64,000 nt of DNA from positions 8,978-72,977 of IMG/VR virus record IMGVR_UViG_3300008117_004657. One strand, given 5' to 3'. The position numbers were made by a program, and so were the translations under genes. Below the pieces are notes generated by a model. It saw only the letters and a list, made by a program, of their open reading frames with translations, made no database searches and was not told the origin of the DNA. Positions within the stretch are counted from its first letter, which is position 1. Every line of letters starts with the position of its first letter. Shown one piece after another: positions 10,030 to 19,908 of the stretch. The DNA comes from a virus.

Positions 10030-10597
10030 GTTTTGATGACAACATTTTGAAATAGATGTCCGATCTAAATTCATTTTGCCAAACTTTCTTTTCATTTTCA
10101 TCAAAAGAAAAACCATGATTAAGTTTTATGGGCGCAAAATCTAAATCAATAAAACTTAATTCTTCTTTATACTCTATTATATTGTGAAGATTTAGAGATA
10201 CATATCCCCAACCACATTTGACTGAATGATCCACTAACTTTTTTATATATTTTAAAAATTTTACTTGATTGGTACTTTTGAGATTTTGATCTACGAGTTT
10301 TCCTCTATAAGTAGAGTAACCACAACAAATACCATTGTCATAAATGAATTCATGAAATGCAGGCACAGTCTCTTGAGTTATTAAACCCGTATGATAAATA
10401 GACATTTCTTTCATACCTAACCATTGTAAATTTAGTCCGTCTAAAATATAATAACCTAAAGAAGTTCTTGAATAATATGAAATATTATTTATTATTTTGT
10501 AATAAAAGTTATTATCATAGTATAAGGTAGCTTTTAAGTTATTACCCACATTTTCAATTTTTTTTAAATGTGAAAGATTTATATTCTCTAGAATCAT
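10013..10597 (-). CDS. Hypothetical protein, possibly a degenerate kinase-like fold
   Basis: YVSLNLHNII…FIDLD resembles the kinase catalytic loop and DxD region, but Ser stands where the catalytic Asp would be. Confidence 0.4.
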   Translation of the reverse strand: MILENINLSHLKKIENVGNNLKATLYYDNNFYYKIINNISYYSRTSLGYYILDGLNLQWLGMKEMSIYHTGLITQETVPAFHEFIYDNGICCGYSTYRGKLVDQNLKSTNQVKFLKYIKKLVDHSVKCGWGYVSLNLHNIIEYKEELSFIDLDFAPIKLNHGFSFDENEKKVWQNEFRSDIYFKMLSSKLNLTN

Positions 10598-10627
10598 AAC
10601 AGATACGTTAAAATTTAAAATAAATTT

Positions 10628-11272
10628 ATGCCACTACTTTTTGAAAATCCAAAATCAACTTTTATACACATTCCTAAAAATGCCGGAAATAGTTTCGAAT
10701 CATGGGTAATTGAAAATAAAATTAAATATAAAAATGAATTCAATCACTACACTTTACAGCAATCTAAACAAATATGGCAAGATTTAGGTATAGTTTTTAG
10801 TTTTGTTAGAAATCCTTTTTCTAGAACCGTAAGCATTTTTCATTATTTAGGTCAAAATGCGGAAAGAAAAATTAAAGAAAAAAAATCAATCAACTTAATA
10901 GATGATTTGAAAACTGTAAAATTATACAAAAAAGGTTTTGATTATTGGTTAAATTGTTTATTTGATACGTCTAGTGAATTTAATGAAAAGAATGAGGTTA
11001 TGAGTTTTAATGGTGAAAGTAGTTGGCCTAGACGAGCACCTCAAGGATTTTGGTTTAATTGGGAAAAAATAGACTATGTAATTAAGATTGAAAAACTTAA
11101 TCATGATATGGGAATATTGAAAGACATATTCAAATTAAAAAAATGCACTTTAATACCTATTATAAATACTAGTGATCACAACGAATATAAAACTTATTAT
11201 AATAATCAAAACAAAAAAATTATTCGAAGTATGTTTGAATATGACCTGAACAATTTTAATTACGACTTTTAA
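10628..11272 (+). CDS. Sulfotransferase family 2 protein
   Basis: FIHIPKNAGNS (5'-PSB loop), FVRNPFSRTVS (3'-PB) and C-terminal D…F.Y.F. Confidence 0.88.
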   Translation: MPLLFENPKSTFIHIPKNAGNSFESWVIENKIKYKNEFNHYTLQQSKQIWQDLGIVFSFVRNPFSRTVSIFHYLGQNAERKIKEKKSINLIDDLKTVKLYKKGFDYWLNCLFDTSSEFNEKNEVMSFNGESSWPRRAPQGFWFNWEKIDYVIKIEKLNHDMGILKDIFKLKKCTLIPIINTSDHNEYKTYYNNQNKKIIRSMFEYDLNNFNYDF

Positions 11273-11274
11273 AA

Positions 11275-12804
11275 ATGAATCATTGCTTATTATTTGGTGT
11301 AAATAACTATCACCGTTCTGCTGGTGCTCACAGAATAGCTTCTCAATTAAGAACAGACGGATGGGATGCCGAAGTTATAGACTTTTCAGTTAGATGGCCT
11401 TTAGAAAAACTTCAAGAATTAGCAAAATCTAGAATTAATAAAAATACAAAATTTTTTGGTTTTTCTTTTATATTCAATAGAATTCCCCAAGAAGAAGTGG
11501 TTGTTCAATTTATGAAATGGATTAAAAAAACTTATCCAAGTATAATTTTAATTGGTGGCGGTCAAGGCCTAATGACAGAAAAGTTTTCTATTTTAGACTA
11601 TTATCTGGTTGGTTATGGGGAGATAGGACTTAAAGCATTACTTTCTTATCTATTTTCGAATGGAGAAAAACCTAACTTTGATGCTGCGTTGATATTAAAA
11701 GAGAAAAAAACAAAAACAATCAGTACATTACACAAATATCCTGCACACCCTTTTCCCGAAGCAATTATAAAATATGAGCCTAGAGATTTTTATACTGAGC
11801 ATGAATTTGGTCAAATAGAATTTTCTCGCGGTTGTAAATTTAAATGTTCTTTTTGTAATTTTCCTATTTTGGGAGTTAAAGGAGATTATACGAGAGATCC
11901 AGAAAGTGTATATGAACAATTAATGTTTAATTATGATAATTATGGTATAAGAGATTACACTATTGCAGATGAAACGTTTAATGACTATACAGAAAAGCTT
12001 ACTAAATTTGCTGATGTTGTAGACAGGTTACCTTGGAAACCTTTTATGTCATCTTTCATAAGAGCAGATTTATTAGTATCAAGAAAAAAAGATAGGGAAG
12101 AATTATTACGTATGGGAGTGACTGCTCATTACTATGGTATAGAAACGTTCAATGAAAAAGCGGGAAAATATATTGGTAAAGGTATGAATCCTGAAAAATT
12201 AAAAGAAGGAATGATTGAAGTAAAAAATTTTTTTAAAAGTCATGTAGGAAATCGTTATAAAGGAACTATTGCTTTAATTGCAGGACTTCCCGGTGAAACT
12301 TTAGAAAGCTTAGAACAAACAAAAAAATGGTTAATAAAAAACTGGAGAGATCAAGTCGTAGCACCAAATGTTTTAGAAATTCACAAACCAATACCGGGTG
12401 CAAGAAATTCTAAACTTGATGAAGAATATGAAAAATTAGGTTATCGTGAAATAGTGTTGGATGAAAAAATAATGCTAGAAAAAATAAAAATGATAATCCA
12501 CCATGATAACTTCGACATTAAAGTTGGAGATTCAGAAGGTTTTTCTTGGGAAAATAATGATATGAGTATATATGATGCTATACGTTGGACAGCAGAAATT
12601 GAAAAAGAAGTCTATGAAATTGGAGGAATTGATTTAAAAAAACCAGCTGCTCTTAAATTAGCTCAAATGTATTGTGACGAAAAAGGAAATGTTTTACCTT
12701 TAGACGATAAATTATCATTAACATCGGTTTACCATGAAGATGCATTAGGTTCTAATTTTCAAATTTTTGTTGATAAATATATAGAAAAAAAATTAAGTAT
12801 TTAA
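11275..12804 (+). CDS. B12-binding-type (class B-like) radical SAM protein
   Basis: N-terminal Rossmann-like region (IIGGG-type LIGGG…GYGE), SRGCKFKCSFC, ADETF, GIETF and IAGLPGET. Confidence 0.85.
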   Translation: MNHCLLFGVNNYHRSAGAHRIASQLRTDGWDAEVIDFSVRWPLEKLQELAKSRINKNTKFFGFSFIFNRIPQEEVVVQFMKWIKKTYPSIILIGGGQGLMTEKFSILDYYLVGYGEIGLKALLSYLFSNGEKPNFDAALILKEKKTKTISTLHKYPAHPFPEAIIKYEPRDFYTEHEFGQIEFSRGCKFKCSFCNFPILGVKGDYTRDPESVYEQLMFNYDNYGIRDYTIADETFNDYTEKLTKFADVVDRLPWKPFMSSFIRADLLVSRKKDREELLRMGVTAHYYGIETFNEKAGKYIGKGMNPEKLKEGMIEVKNFFKSHVGNRYKGTIALIAGLPGETLESLEQTKKWLIKNWRDQVVAPNVLEIHKPIPGARNSKLDEEYEKLGYREIVLDEKIMLEKIKMIIHHDNFDIKVGDSEGFSWENNDMSIYDAIRWTAEIEKEVYEIGGIDLKKPAALKLAQMYCDEKGNVLPLDDKLSLTSVYHEDALGSNFQIFVDKYIEKKLSI

Positions 12805-13445
12805 TCTCTAGAAAAAATGAGTTGAAAAGCTTCAGCGTATTTTACTCCAACTTGAACACCTCTAAACTTTGATCGTATTTCCATCGACTCCACGCTGCGA
12901 GCATCTGGATACTCATAGATTTCTGTTGAATATAAATTTAAAACTCGTTTTTTTAAGTCTATAAAATTAGATACATCCACATATGTATTAGGTTCAAATT
13001 TAGAAACAATCTGAGAAAAAGACCAATCACTACTTGCTGGCATTTCTGAAAAATAAAGTTTTTTTACTGTAGAATTTAGTTTAGGGCGGCATGCCACCAT
13101 ACATGATTGTGAAACTATTCTATGGTCCTTGTGTAAATCACCTATACTGTGTGTATAAACTATTTCGGGTTTAAAATTATTTACAATATTTTCAACTAAA
13201 CTTTTAGTTTCTGGTAAAGACAATAAACAGTCGGAAAAGTTATATATTTCTGATCTAGCACCCAACAAATCACAAGCTTGTTTAAAAGATTTTTTTCTTT
13301 CGTAAGAAACTTGTTCATTTCCAGGTCTACTACCATCACATAGTGATACAACTAAAGTTTCATTTTTCAAAGATGTTTTAGCTATAGTTCCTGCCGGTCC
13401 ATAACTTTCATCATCTGGATGGGCAAATAAAAAAAGTGTTCTCAT
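12801..13445 (-). CDS. PIG-L/LmbE family N-acetylhexosamine deacetylase
   Basis: AHPDDE and DLHKDH motifs, C-terminal YAEAF. Confidence 0.9.
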   Translation of the reverse strand: MRTLFLFAHPDDESYGPAGTIAKTSLKNETLVVSLCDGSRPGNEQVSYERKKSFKQACDLLGARSEIYNFSDCLLSLPETKSLVENIVNNFKPEIVYTHSIGDLHKDHRIVSQSCMVACRPKLNSTVKKLYFSEMPASSDWSFSQIVSKFEPNTYVDVSNFIDLKKRVLNLYSTEIYEYPDARSVESMEIRSKFRGVQVGVKYAEAFQLIFSRD

Positions 13446-14365
13446 AACATATCTCTAATAATGTCATCTATATTTTTAGATGGTGAATAATTAATATATT
13501 TTTTAATTTTTGTTAAATCTGGAATCCTAACTTTTATGTCACCGTGATTTTTAGAAAAAGCGTTTTCATAAGGTACGTGAATTATCTTACTTTTGGAGTT
13601 TGTTATTTCTATTACTCTTTTTGCTAAATCGTCGATTGTCATAGGAATATCATTGCCTATATTGAATAATTCTCCTTGGATTGAAGATACTTTAATTAAA
13701 GAATTTAATGCATCATCTATATGACAAAAACATCTTATTTGTTGTCCTGTCCCATATACTATTAAATCTTCATTCGATTTAGCAGCCTGTACAAATTTTG
13801 GAAGGACCATACCGTAATCTGCCAATTGGCCGGGACCTACAACATTAAAAAATCGAACTATCGTATATGGAAAATTACTAGCTCGAATCATAAACTCCAT
13901 CATAAGTTTACTGGTAGCGTAACCCCACCGAAGTTTACTACTAGGACCTATGTTAGCATTTGATTCTTCTGAAAATGGACCTTCTCCATACACCTCACTT
14001 GTACTAGAAAATACAACATGCCTTTTAACTTTTTCAAATAGTGGTAAGAGTTTATTATTTAATTCAATATTATTAAAAAGTGTTTCAGATGGATATTTGT
14101 CGATATATTCAACACCAACACTACCGGCTAAATGAAATATCCTATGATTTTTCCTAAAAAGTCTCAGTAAATCATTATCATCCATTTTTATAATATCAGC
14201 TTCAATAAATTCAAACAAATTTTTATATTCTGAAAAGTCATCTAAATTTATACTAGAGGTTTTTAAATTGTCAATAATAGTAACACGTTCTTGTCTTGTT
14301 TTTAATAGTTTATGTGTTAAATTTTGACCAATAAAACCAGCACCACCTAAAATAATATTATTCAT
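13442..14365 (-). CDS. NAD-dependent nucleotide-sugar epimerase/dehydratase
   Basis: GGAGFIG, STSEVYG, YATSK and RFFNVVGP. Confidence 0.9.
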   Translation of the reverse strand: MNNIILGGAGFIGQNLTHKLLKTRQERVTIIDNLKTSSINLDDFSEYKNLFEFIEADIIKMDDNDLLRLFRKNHRIFHLAGSVGVEYIDKYPSETLFNNIELNNKLLPLFEKVKRHVVFSSTSEVYGEGPFSEESNANIGPSSKLRWGYATSKLMMEFMIRASNFPYTIVRFFNVVGPGQLADYGMVLPKFVQAAKSNEDLIVYGTGQQIRCFCHIDDALNSLIKVSSIQGELFNIGNDIPMTIDDLAKRVIEITNSKSKIIHVPYENAFSKNHGDIKVRIPDLTKIKKYINYSPSKNIDDIIRDML

Positions 14366-15056
14366 AAATTATATCATCAAATAAAATATACAAATATAAA
14401 TTTGAATTTATGTCATCAATTCCATGCAACCAATTTCTAGAATTAAAATTGATAATCATTTGTTGATTTATATTTGGTAAAAAATATTTTTTTTCTTCAC
14501 CGGGAAAATTTACTCTAAGTTTCTCCCACCAATTAATAAAATCAAAAGAGTCATTAAACCCGGACAATAAAGATTTTTTAGGCATGGTATCCATAGTATT
14601 CTCTATATACTTGAACCAAAAATATTCCTTTATTTCTTCTCTAATTAAAATAGGTACAATAAAAGTGCGGGTGTTAATGGGAACTGAGTCATCATGTATT
14701 CTATATGGATGAGTATGAGCACTAAGTTTTTTTATATTATTAATAGGTAAAGATTTATCATTTCCTTGTATCCAACAAACGAATTGTGAGAGAGTTTTAA
14801 TTTTATCTTTTTCAACTTCATCTATAAAAATTTTTAAATATGAATAAAGTTTTGTATTAATTAAAAATTCTCTAACTTCTTTTAGAGTCCCTCCAGCATT
14901 AAAATGTATTTTGAAAAGTAAATTGACTTCGTTTTCAAATCCAACTAACGCATTTTTCTCTTTCATATTTTGTTTACAGATGTCAAATAGTAATCCAACA
15001 TCACTATCCACAATTTTTAATTGTGAGGGTTTATAATCAACATTCAAATTATTCAT
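14358..15056 (-). CDS. Hypothetical protein, possible cupin/2OG-Fe(II)-like
   Basis: 232-aa ORF coupled to its neighbours. AHTH…TFIVPI…FNSRNWLHGI resembles an HxH…H metal triad. Confidence 0.4.
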   Translation of the reverse strand: MNNLNVDYKPSQLKIVDSDVGLLFDICKQNMKEKNALVGFENEVNLLFKIHFNAGGTLKEVREFLINTKLYSYLKIFIDEVEKDKIKTLSQFVCWIQGNDKSLPINNIKKLSAHTHPYRIHDDSVPINTRTFIVPILIREEIKEYFWFKYIENTMDTMPKKSLLSGFNDSFDFINWWEKLRVNFPGEEKKYFLPNINQQMIINFNSRNWLHGIDDINSNLYLYILFDDIIYE

Positions 15057-15646
15057 TTATCTAAACCCCTTTTACCTGAAGTAAAATTTTCGTAAATTTC
15101 ACCTAAGGTTATTTGTTCGATCTCCAATTCTTTTAATTCTACCATACATTTAACAACTTTATCAACGTGAGCTATATAATGAATTTTGTTAAAATCTTTA
15201 GGTTTATATGCTTTTTTATTTACACATCGTTTAATAAAACAATCGTCTTGCATACCTATTCCGTAGACACTTGGTATCCTATAGTTTACATAATTTCTAC
15301 CAGAATATTTCAAATAAACTTCCATACTTTGTTTTGCTATATTATAACATTCTTGTGCTGTGTTGTCAACACTTAATACTCCCATACTACTGGCATTTAC
15401 GAATAAAGCTGTTGAATTTATTTTTAATGCTTCTCTAGTAACATCGAATATTATATCCATAGTTTTGGTTGGATTATTTACTATAAAATTCGTTGTGCTT
15501 GGACAAGCTAAATGGTAAATAATATCGCAATCGATTTGTCGAAAATTTCTACCTATTTCGTAGACAGTATCACCATTTTCTTCTAAAAGTTTAACTAAAT
15601 TTTTACCTATAAATCCAGTAGAACCTGTAACAACAACACGTTTCAT
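15053..15646 (-). CDS. Short NAD-dependent epimerase/dehydratase family protein
   Basis: VTGSTGFIG, YHLA, YNIAK and RIPSVYG. Confidence 0.82.
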   Translation of the reverse strand: MKRVVVTGSTGFIGKNLVKLLEENGDTVYEIGRNFRQIDCDIIYHLACPSTTNFIVNNPTKTMDIIFDVTREALKINSTALFVNASSMGVLSVDNTAQECYNIAKQSMEVYLKYSGRNYVNYRIPSVYGIGMQDDCFIKRCVNKKAYKPKDFNKIHYIAHVDKVVKCMVELKELEIEQITLGEIYENFTSGKRGLDK

Positions 15647-15648
15647 AA

Positions 15649-16140
15649 TTATTCTTCCAACAAATTACTTTTCCAGAGAGCGTCGTCCCAACCTAAACGT
15701 ATAAATCTGACTCCATTATATTTTAATCCATCTTTCAAATTTTTTATAAAAGTTGAAGAATCTTTTGGATCATAAAGAGGAATATCTAAAGCTTTCATAA
15801 GTTGGTGATCATCGAAAACTAAATGTCCTCTACCACAAATACTATAACAACCATTATGACCAGCGTTAACAAATACTATACTTCCATATTTTTCTGCCCA
15901 ACCTTTGATGTTTAGTTTAATCTGCTCATAAGATTTATAAATCACAAATCCGGCAACTCCGTAAATAATTACTTTTTTCCCTTGACTTGCTAACCCAGCT
16001 GCAATATTAATCATGTTGGGTTCCTGTACTCCACAATTTATTATATTGTAATTTCCATCTGTCCATTTCCACATGTCACAATGTAAAAAATAAACTTCTC
16101 CTTTATATAAATTTAAAAATCTATTTAAATATTTTCTCAA
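15649..16140 (-). CDS. Transketolase-like pyrimidine-binding subunit (short)
   Basis: INCGVQEPNMINIAAGLASQG, YEQIK, GH and FIRLG. Lacks the transketolase C-terminal domain. Confidence 0.8.
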   Translation of the reverse strand: MRKYLNRFLNLYKGEVYFLHCDMWKWTDGNYNIINCGVQEPNMINIAAGLASQGKKVIIYGVAGFVIYKSYEQIKLNIKGWAEKYGSIVFVNAGHNGCYSICGRGHLVFDDHQLMKALDIPLYDPKDSSTFIKNLKDGLKYNGVRFIRLGWDDALWKSNLLEE

Positions 16141-17429
16141 TTATACCATCCATTACGTTCGCGTTCCAACCAGTCAATATAATTCATACCTTTTTGTATT
16201 TTAATAATTTCTGTTGGATCCATTTGGTCACTAGGTGTTTTAATTTCACTGTCAAAACCGGATAGTATATAATCCCAAGCTTCCACAGGAAATATCTCCG
16301 TTTCTCTATACCTTTCTACTGGAATATTTTTATAATGATTCCAGTATTCATTTTCTCGTTTACTGTACTTGTAATGTGCCACAACAAAATTAATTATATC
16401 ATCATAATTTTTATTAACTTGATTGTTATAATCATTTTCGGTTATTTCACCATCCAAATAACGTGTAATCTTTTCGAGAGCACTTGTTACGAGATAAATT
16501 CCTGTTGATTCTATAGGTTCTATAAATCCGGAAGCTAAACCAACTCTAACTACATTATTCTTCAAATGTATTTTACATCTACCTGTACTAAACTTTACTC
16601 GACGAATATCTTTTTCTGTAACATCGACATTTAATTTTTCTTTTATTGCTTGGATAAATTCAGACATAACATCAAATTTATCACTGTGTACATATCCCAT
16701 GGCCAATTGATCTCCAAGTGGAATATTCCAAACCCATCCGTAATTCATTGCCTTAAATATTGAGTATGGTTTGCATTGTTCTGCGCGATTTGTGTAAGAG
16801 TGGCGGTAAACTAATGCACAATTATTTGGTATGATATGGCTAATATCAAAGTAATTATCAGGTATGTAACTAAACTTACTATTTAATCCCGTACAATCTA
16901 TTAAAAAATCATAAGTATTTTCTATTTCTTCCAAAACTGCTGTTTGCCTTTTAATAGTAACATTTTTTAAATTATGTACTTGTGTATCTAAATAATTCAA
17001 CAATTCAGTACTTCTAAAATGTGTTGATGTATCTGGATAATTTAATACATTTTCCGACACTTTTTCTGTTTTCATCATACGTCTTGTGGACGTGGCATTA
17101 TACGGTAAAGGTTCACCTAGACCAAAAGGAAAATCAAACTGTTCACCCGGCCTATTAAATCCATCAAATACTATACCTAATTTTAATGTTCCGTTACAAT
17201 GATGAATTATATCTAAATTAGACATTCCTATTCCTATCTTAGAGAGGAAATGACTACTTCTAGGTACCAAAGCTTCACCAACACCAATAGGATTGTTTTC
17301 TTCTGGATATATCCAAGTAATCTCTTTGTCTGGATACTGATTACTTAGATAAAATGTAGTTAAGTATCCTGTAGTTCCACCACCAATGATTGTAATTCTG
17401 TTAATGTCTCTATTTTTTTGTAATGCCAT
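16137..17429 (-). CDS. Flavin-dependent (tryptophan halogenase family) halogenase
   Basis: IIGGGTTG, IGVGEA, GTLKLGI (catalytic Lys position), GWVWNIPL (WxWxIP) and GFIEPIESTG. Confidence 0.88.
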   Translation of the reverse strand: MALQKNRDINRITIIGGGTTGYLTTFYLSNQYPDKEITWIYPEENNPIGVGEALVPRSSHFLSKIGIGMSNLDIIHHCNGTLKLGIVFDGFNRPGEQFDFPFGLGEPLPYNATSTRRMMKTEKVSENVLNYPDTSTHFRSTELLNYLDTQVHNLKNVTIKRQTAVLEEIENTYDFLIDCTGLNSKFSYIPDNYFDISHIIPNNCALVYRHSYTNRAEQCKPYSIFKAMNYGWVWNIPLGDQLAMGYVHSDKFDVMSEFIQAIKEKLNVDVTEKDIRRVKFSTGRCKIHLKNNVVRVGLASGFIEPIESTGIYLVTSALEKITRYLDGEITENDYNNQVNKNYDDIINFVVAHYKYSKRENEYWNHYKNIPVERYRETEIFPVEAWDYILSGFDSEIKTPSDQMDPTEIIKIQKGMNYIDWLERERNGWYN

Positions 17430-18100
17430 TTTTTAATATCCTTTTCCATAGAAATTACGCCACTACCCTTAATCGTTTTTAAAAAAATAATATTAGGTTT
17501 TTCAGAAGAAATACTATTATAAGAATCTAAAATTTCTTTACGATTATGTCCTTCCACTTCTTGTATGTGCCAATTATAAAGTTTACACATGTCAATAATA
17601 GGATGAACTGATAAAATTTCATCTATTTTACCAGTAACTTGTGAATTATTATAATCTACTGTTACAAAAATATTTTTAATATTGTTATGTCCTATAAATT
17701 GAATAGCTTCGATTGTGTTTCCCATTTGAAGGGTCGCATCACTAATATTAACCCAAACTTTTTTATTTTTATTTACCAGTGCTATACCAATTGAAACTCC
17801 TAAAGCATTACCCATTGTTTCTTCACTGTAATCAACAAAACTAATTTCGTCATGTTTAACACCTATACTAAGGTTTTCTACCTCATCGAGGTATTTTAAT
17901 TTTTTCCAGATTAAATAATAAGTTTGCGCACCAAAAGGTTTACCTATAACAATACAATCATTTGGAGTTACAATTTCATTTGTAAATAATTCATCAACAT
18001 AATCTAACATACTTAAAGCACTAGGAATATGAGATAAATTTTCTTTATAAGAATATTCTAATAATTCTTTTACAGTTATTTTATTTTTCAAATTGAACAT
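17360..18100 (-). CDS. Transketolase-like N-terminal (TPP-binding) subunit
   Basis: SHIPSALS, MGNALGVSIGIAL, SDATLQMG…VDYNN (variant GDG…NN motif), VEGH, TIKGSG and WH. Confidence 0.8.
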   Translation of the reverse strand: MFNLKNKITVKELLEYSYKENLSHIPSALSMLDYVDELFTNEIVTPNDCIVIGKPFGAQTYYLIWKKLKYLDEVENLSIGVKHDEISFVDYSEETMGNALGVSIGIALVNKNKKVWVNISDATLQMGNTIEAIQFIGHNNIKNIFVTVDYNNSQVTGKIDEILSVHPIIDMCKLYNWHIQEVEGHNRKEILDSYNSISSEKPNIIFLKTIKGSGVISMEKDIKKWHYKKIETLTELQSLVVELQDT

Positions 18101-18117
18101 TAATAATTAATTTATAC

Positions 18118-18975
18118 TTATGAATTATAAAAAATTAAACTTTGTGGAGCAAATAAAACTTTATTTCCAATTTTTGGTGATCCCCACATGCCATTAAATT
18201 CATTATTTTGATCGTCTACAGGTATAAAATTTAATTTACTTGTTAAAGAACTCAATACTTTAACCCTCTGTTTATAAACACTTTCAATATGAATTAAATC
18301 GATATTGGATAATTGACCCGTATGATACAATAATTTCATATCAAACCCTTTTACATCATCAAATTCAATATTATCATACAATTTATAAAGATCACCTTCT
18401 TTACTTAACCAAATTTTCTTTTCAACTAATTGATCAAATAATTCTCTATAATCATCCAGTGTAGCAAATAGATACTCATCATTATAGATAAAATTTTTGT
18501 AATAATCAAATAACGAATCACTCTTTTCAAATATAAAAAAAGCCGTTTCTTCTAATAAATCAAATTCTTTATTTTGTTGGTGTTTTTTACAATGATTATA
18601 TACAAAATTTAAAAAATTATCTTTAAGTTCTATATTTCTATCATTCCAAAGTTTTCTATGAAACATAGTTTTTGAACTAGCATTAAGTTGAAATGCAAAT
18701 TCGTTTAGTTCAAAAAAACCTTCCATACCTTTATGTACAATCATTTCAACAAACTCAACATCAAAATGAGGAATGTTAAAGTGTAAAGGATAATAAAATT
18801 TATTTTCATTATATTCTTTTGTTGTAGTATCTACTCTACGTTTAACTCTAAAATCTGGATAGCGTTCAAGTAATAACTTTTCTCTAGACAAACGAATGTT
18901 TCTCAAATAGTCACTTATTTGAGTATATTCTGAACCATTCAAATATTCTAAATTGTTTACATCATAAAGTTTCAT
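18118..18975 (-). CDS. Hypothetical protein
   Basis: 285-aa ORF overlapping the upstream radical SAM stop. No recognised motif. Confidence 0.6.
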   Translation of the reverse strand: MKLYDVNNLEYLNGSEYTQISDYLRNIRLSREKLLLERYPDFRVKRRVDTTTKEYNENKFYYPLHFNIPHFDVEFVEMIVHKGMEGFFELNEFAFQLNASSKTMFHRKLWNDRNIELKDNFLNFVYNHCKKHQQNKEFDLLEETAFFIFEKSDSLFDYYKNFIYNDEYLFATLDDYRELFDQLVEKKIWLSKEGDLYKLYDNIEFDDVKGFDMKLLYHTGQLSNIDLIHIESVYKQRVKVLSSLTSKLNFIPVDDQNNEFNGMWGSPKIGNKVLFAPQSLIFYNS

Positions 18976-19897
18976 TTAATTCAACTTCAAAGCTAATTAT
19001 GTTAAATTGACATTTTTTTTGTTGGCATTTTATAACTTTACCATTTAATAAATTTTTAGAAGGATCAAGAAAAATATTTCCTATTGGTTTTTGTTCATTT
19101 TCAAAACAACACATAGTAACATCTCCATTTCTATCTACCTCATAAGCTCGAACATTACAGTTTTTACCAGTAAATAATAATTTAGTTTCTTTATACATTT
19201 CATACTTACCTTTATTGTAAGGTAAAATAGAACCATCGATTTTATATATTACATCAAATTTATTTAAATATTTTTCAAATTTAGAATTCATATTAACTAA
19301 TTGATTAATAGTTTCTAGAAGATTACTGTTATCTAGAACCAGAGGTTGCAATTTCATATTTTTTAAAGAATCAAATACTTCCTCAATATAATCTATATCA
19401 TTTAAATAATCGTTATCGGTAAAAAAGAATAAAGAAGAATATTTAAAATTATCATCAACCCATTTTACATTATTTTTAAATTGAACTTTATTTAAATTTT
19501 CAGTATGTAAAGTGCATGTTATTTTTACTTTATCTCCAAACTTTTTTAATAAATTTAGTCTTTTTTTAAAAAAAGTTGGTTTATGATCGGCATGAGTTAT
19601 GATTGAAAATTTATGATCAGGATGTGCATTAGTGTACAAATAATTTATTATTTCTTCAAAATTTTTATGTAAAAGAGGTTCTCCTCCTATCAATTCGATA
19701 ATAATTTTTTTATTGTTCATAGACATTATTTTTTCAAGTCCTCTGAGAACACCACTAATATCATTATTATAACGAACACCATTGGTGTCCGCAACATTGT
19801 AACAGTATGAACAACTCTTATCGCACAAAGTAAATAATTCAAATTCTACTAGAACATGATCTCCTATAAATTCATTATGTGTTTTTATATGTTTCAT
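18962..19897 (-). CDS. Radical SAM protein with short C-terminal Cys cluster (twitch-like)
   Basis: CDKSCSYC, GGEPLLH and C-terminal C…CC…CQQKKC. Confidence 0.9.
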   Translation of the reverse strand: MKHIKTHNEFIGDHVLVEFELFTLCDKSCSYCYNVADTNGVRYNNDISGVLRGLEKIMSMNNKKIIIELIGGEPLLHKNFEEIINYLYTNAHPDHKFSIITHADHKPTFFKKRLNLLKKFGDKVKITCTLHTENLNKVQFKNNVKWVDDNFKYSSLFFFTDNDYLNDIDYIEEVFDSLKNMKLQPLVLDNSNLLETINQLVNMNSKFEKYLNKFDVIYKIDGSILPYNKGKYEMYKETKLLFTGKNCNVRAYEVDRNGDVTMCCFENEQKPIGNIFLDPSKNLLNGKVIKCQQKKCQFNIISFEVELNETL

Positions 19898-19908
19898 TTT
19901 GAAAAGTA

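Noticed and set aside
15649-18100. Transketolase as a pentose-phosphate auxiliary metabolic gene
   Set aside because: It is split, truncated and has a non-canonical TPP motif. It sits among sugar-nucleotide and tailoring enzymes rather than talC/zwf/gnd.
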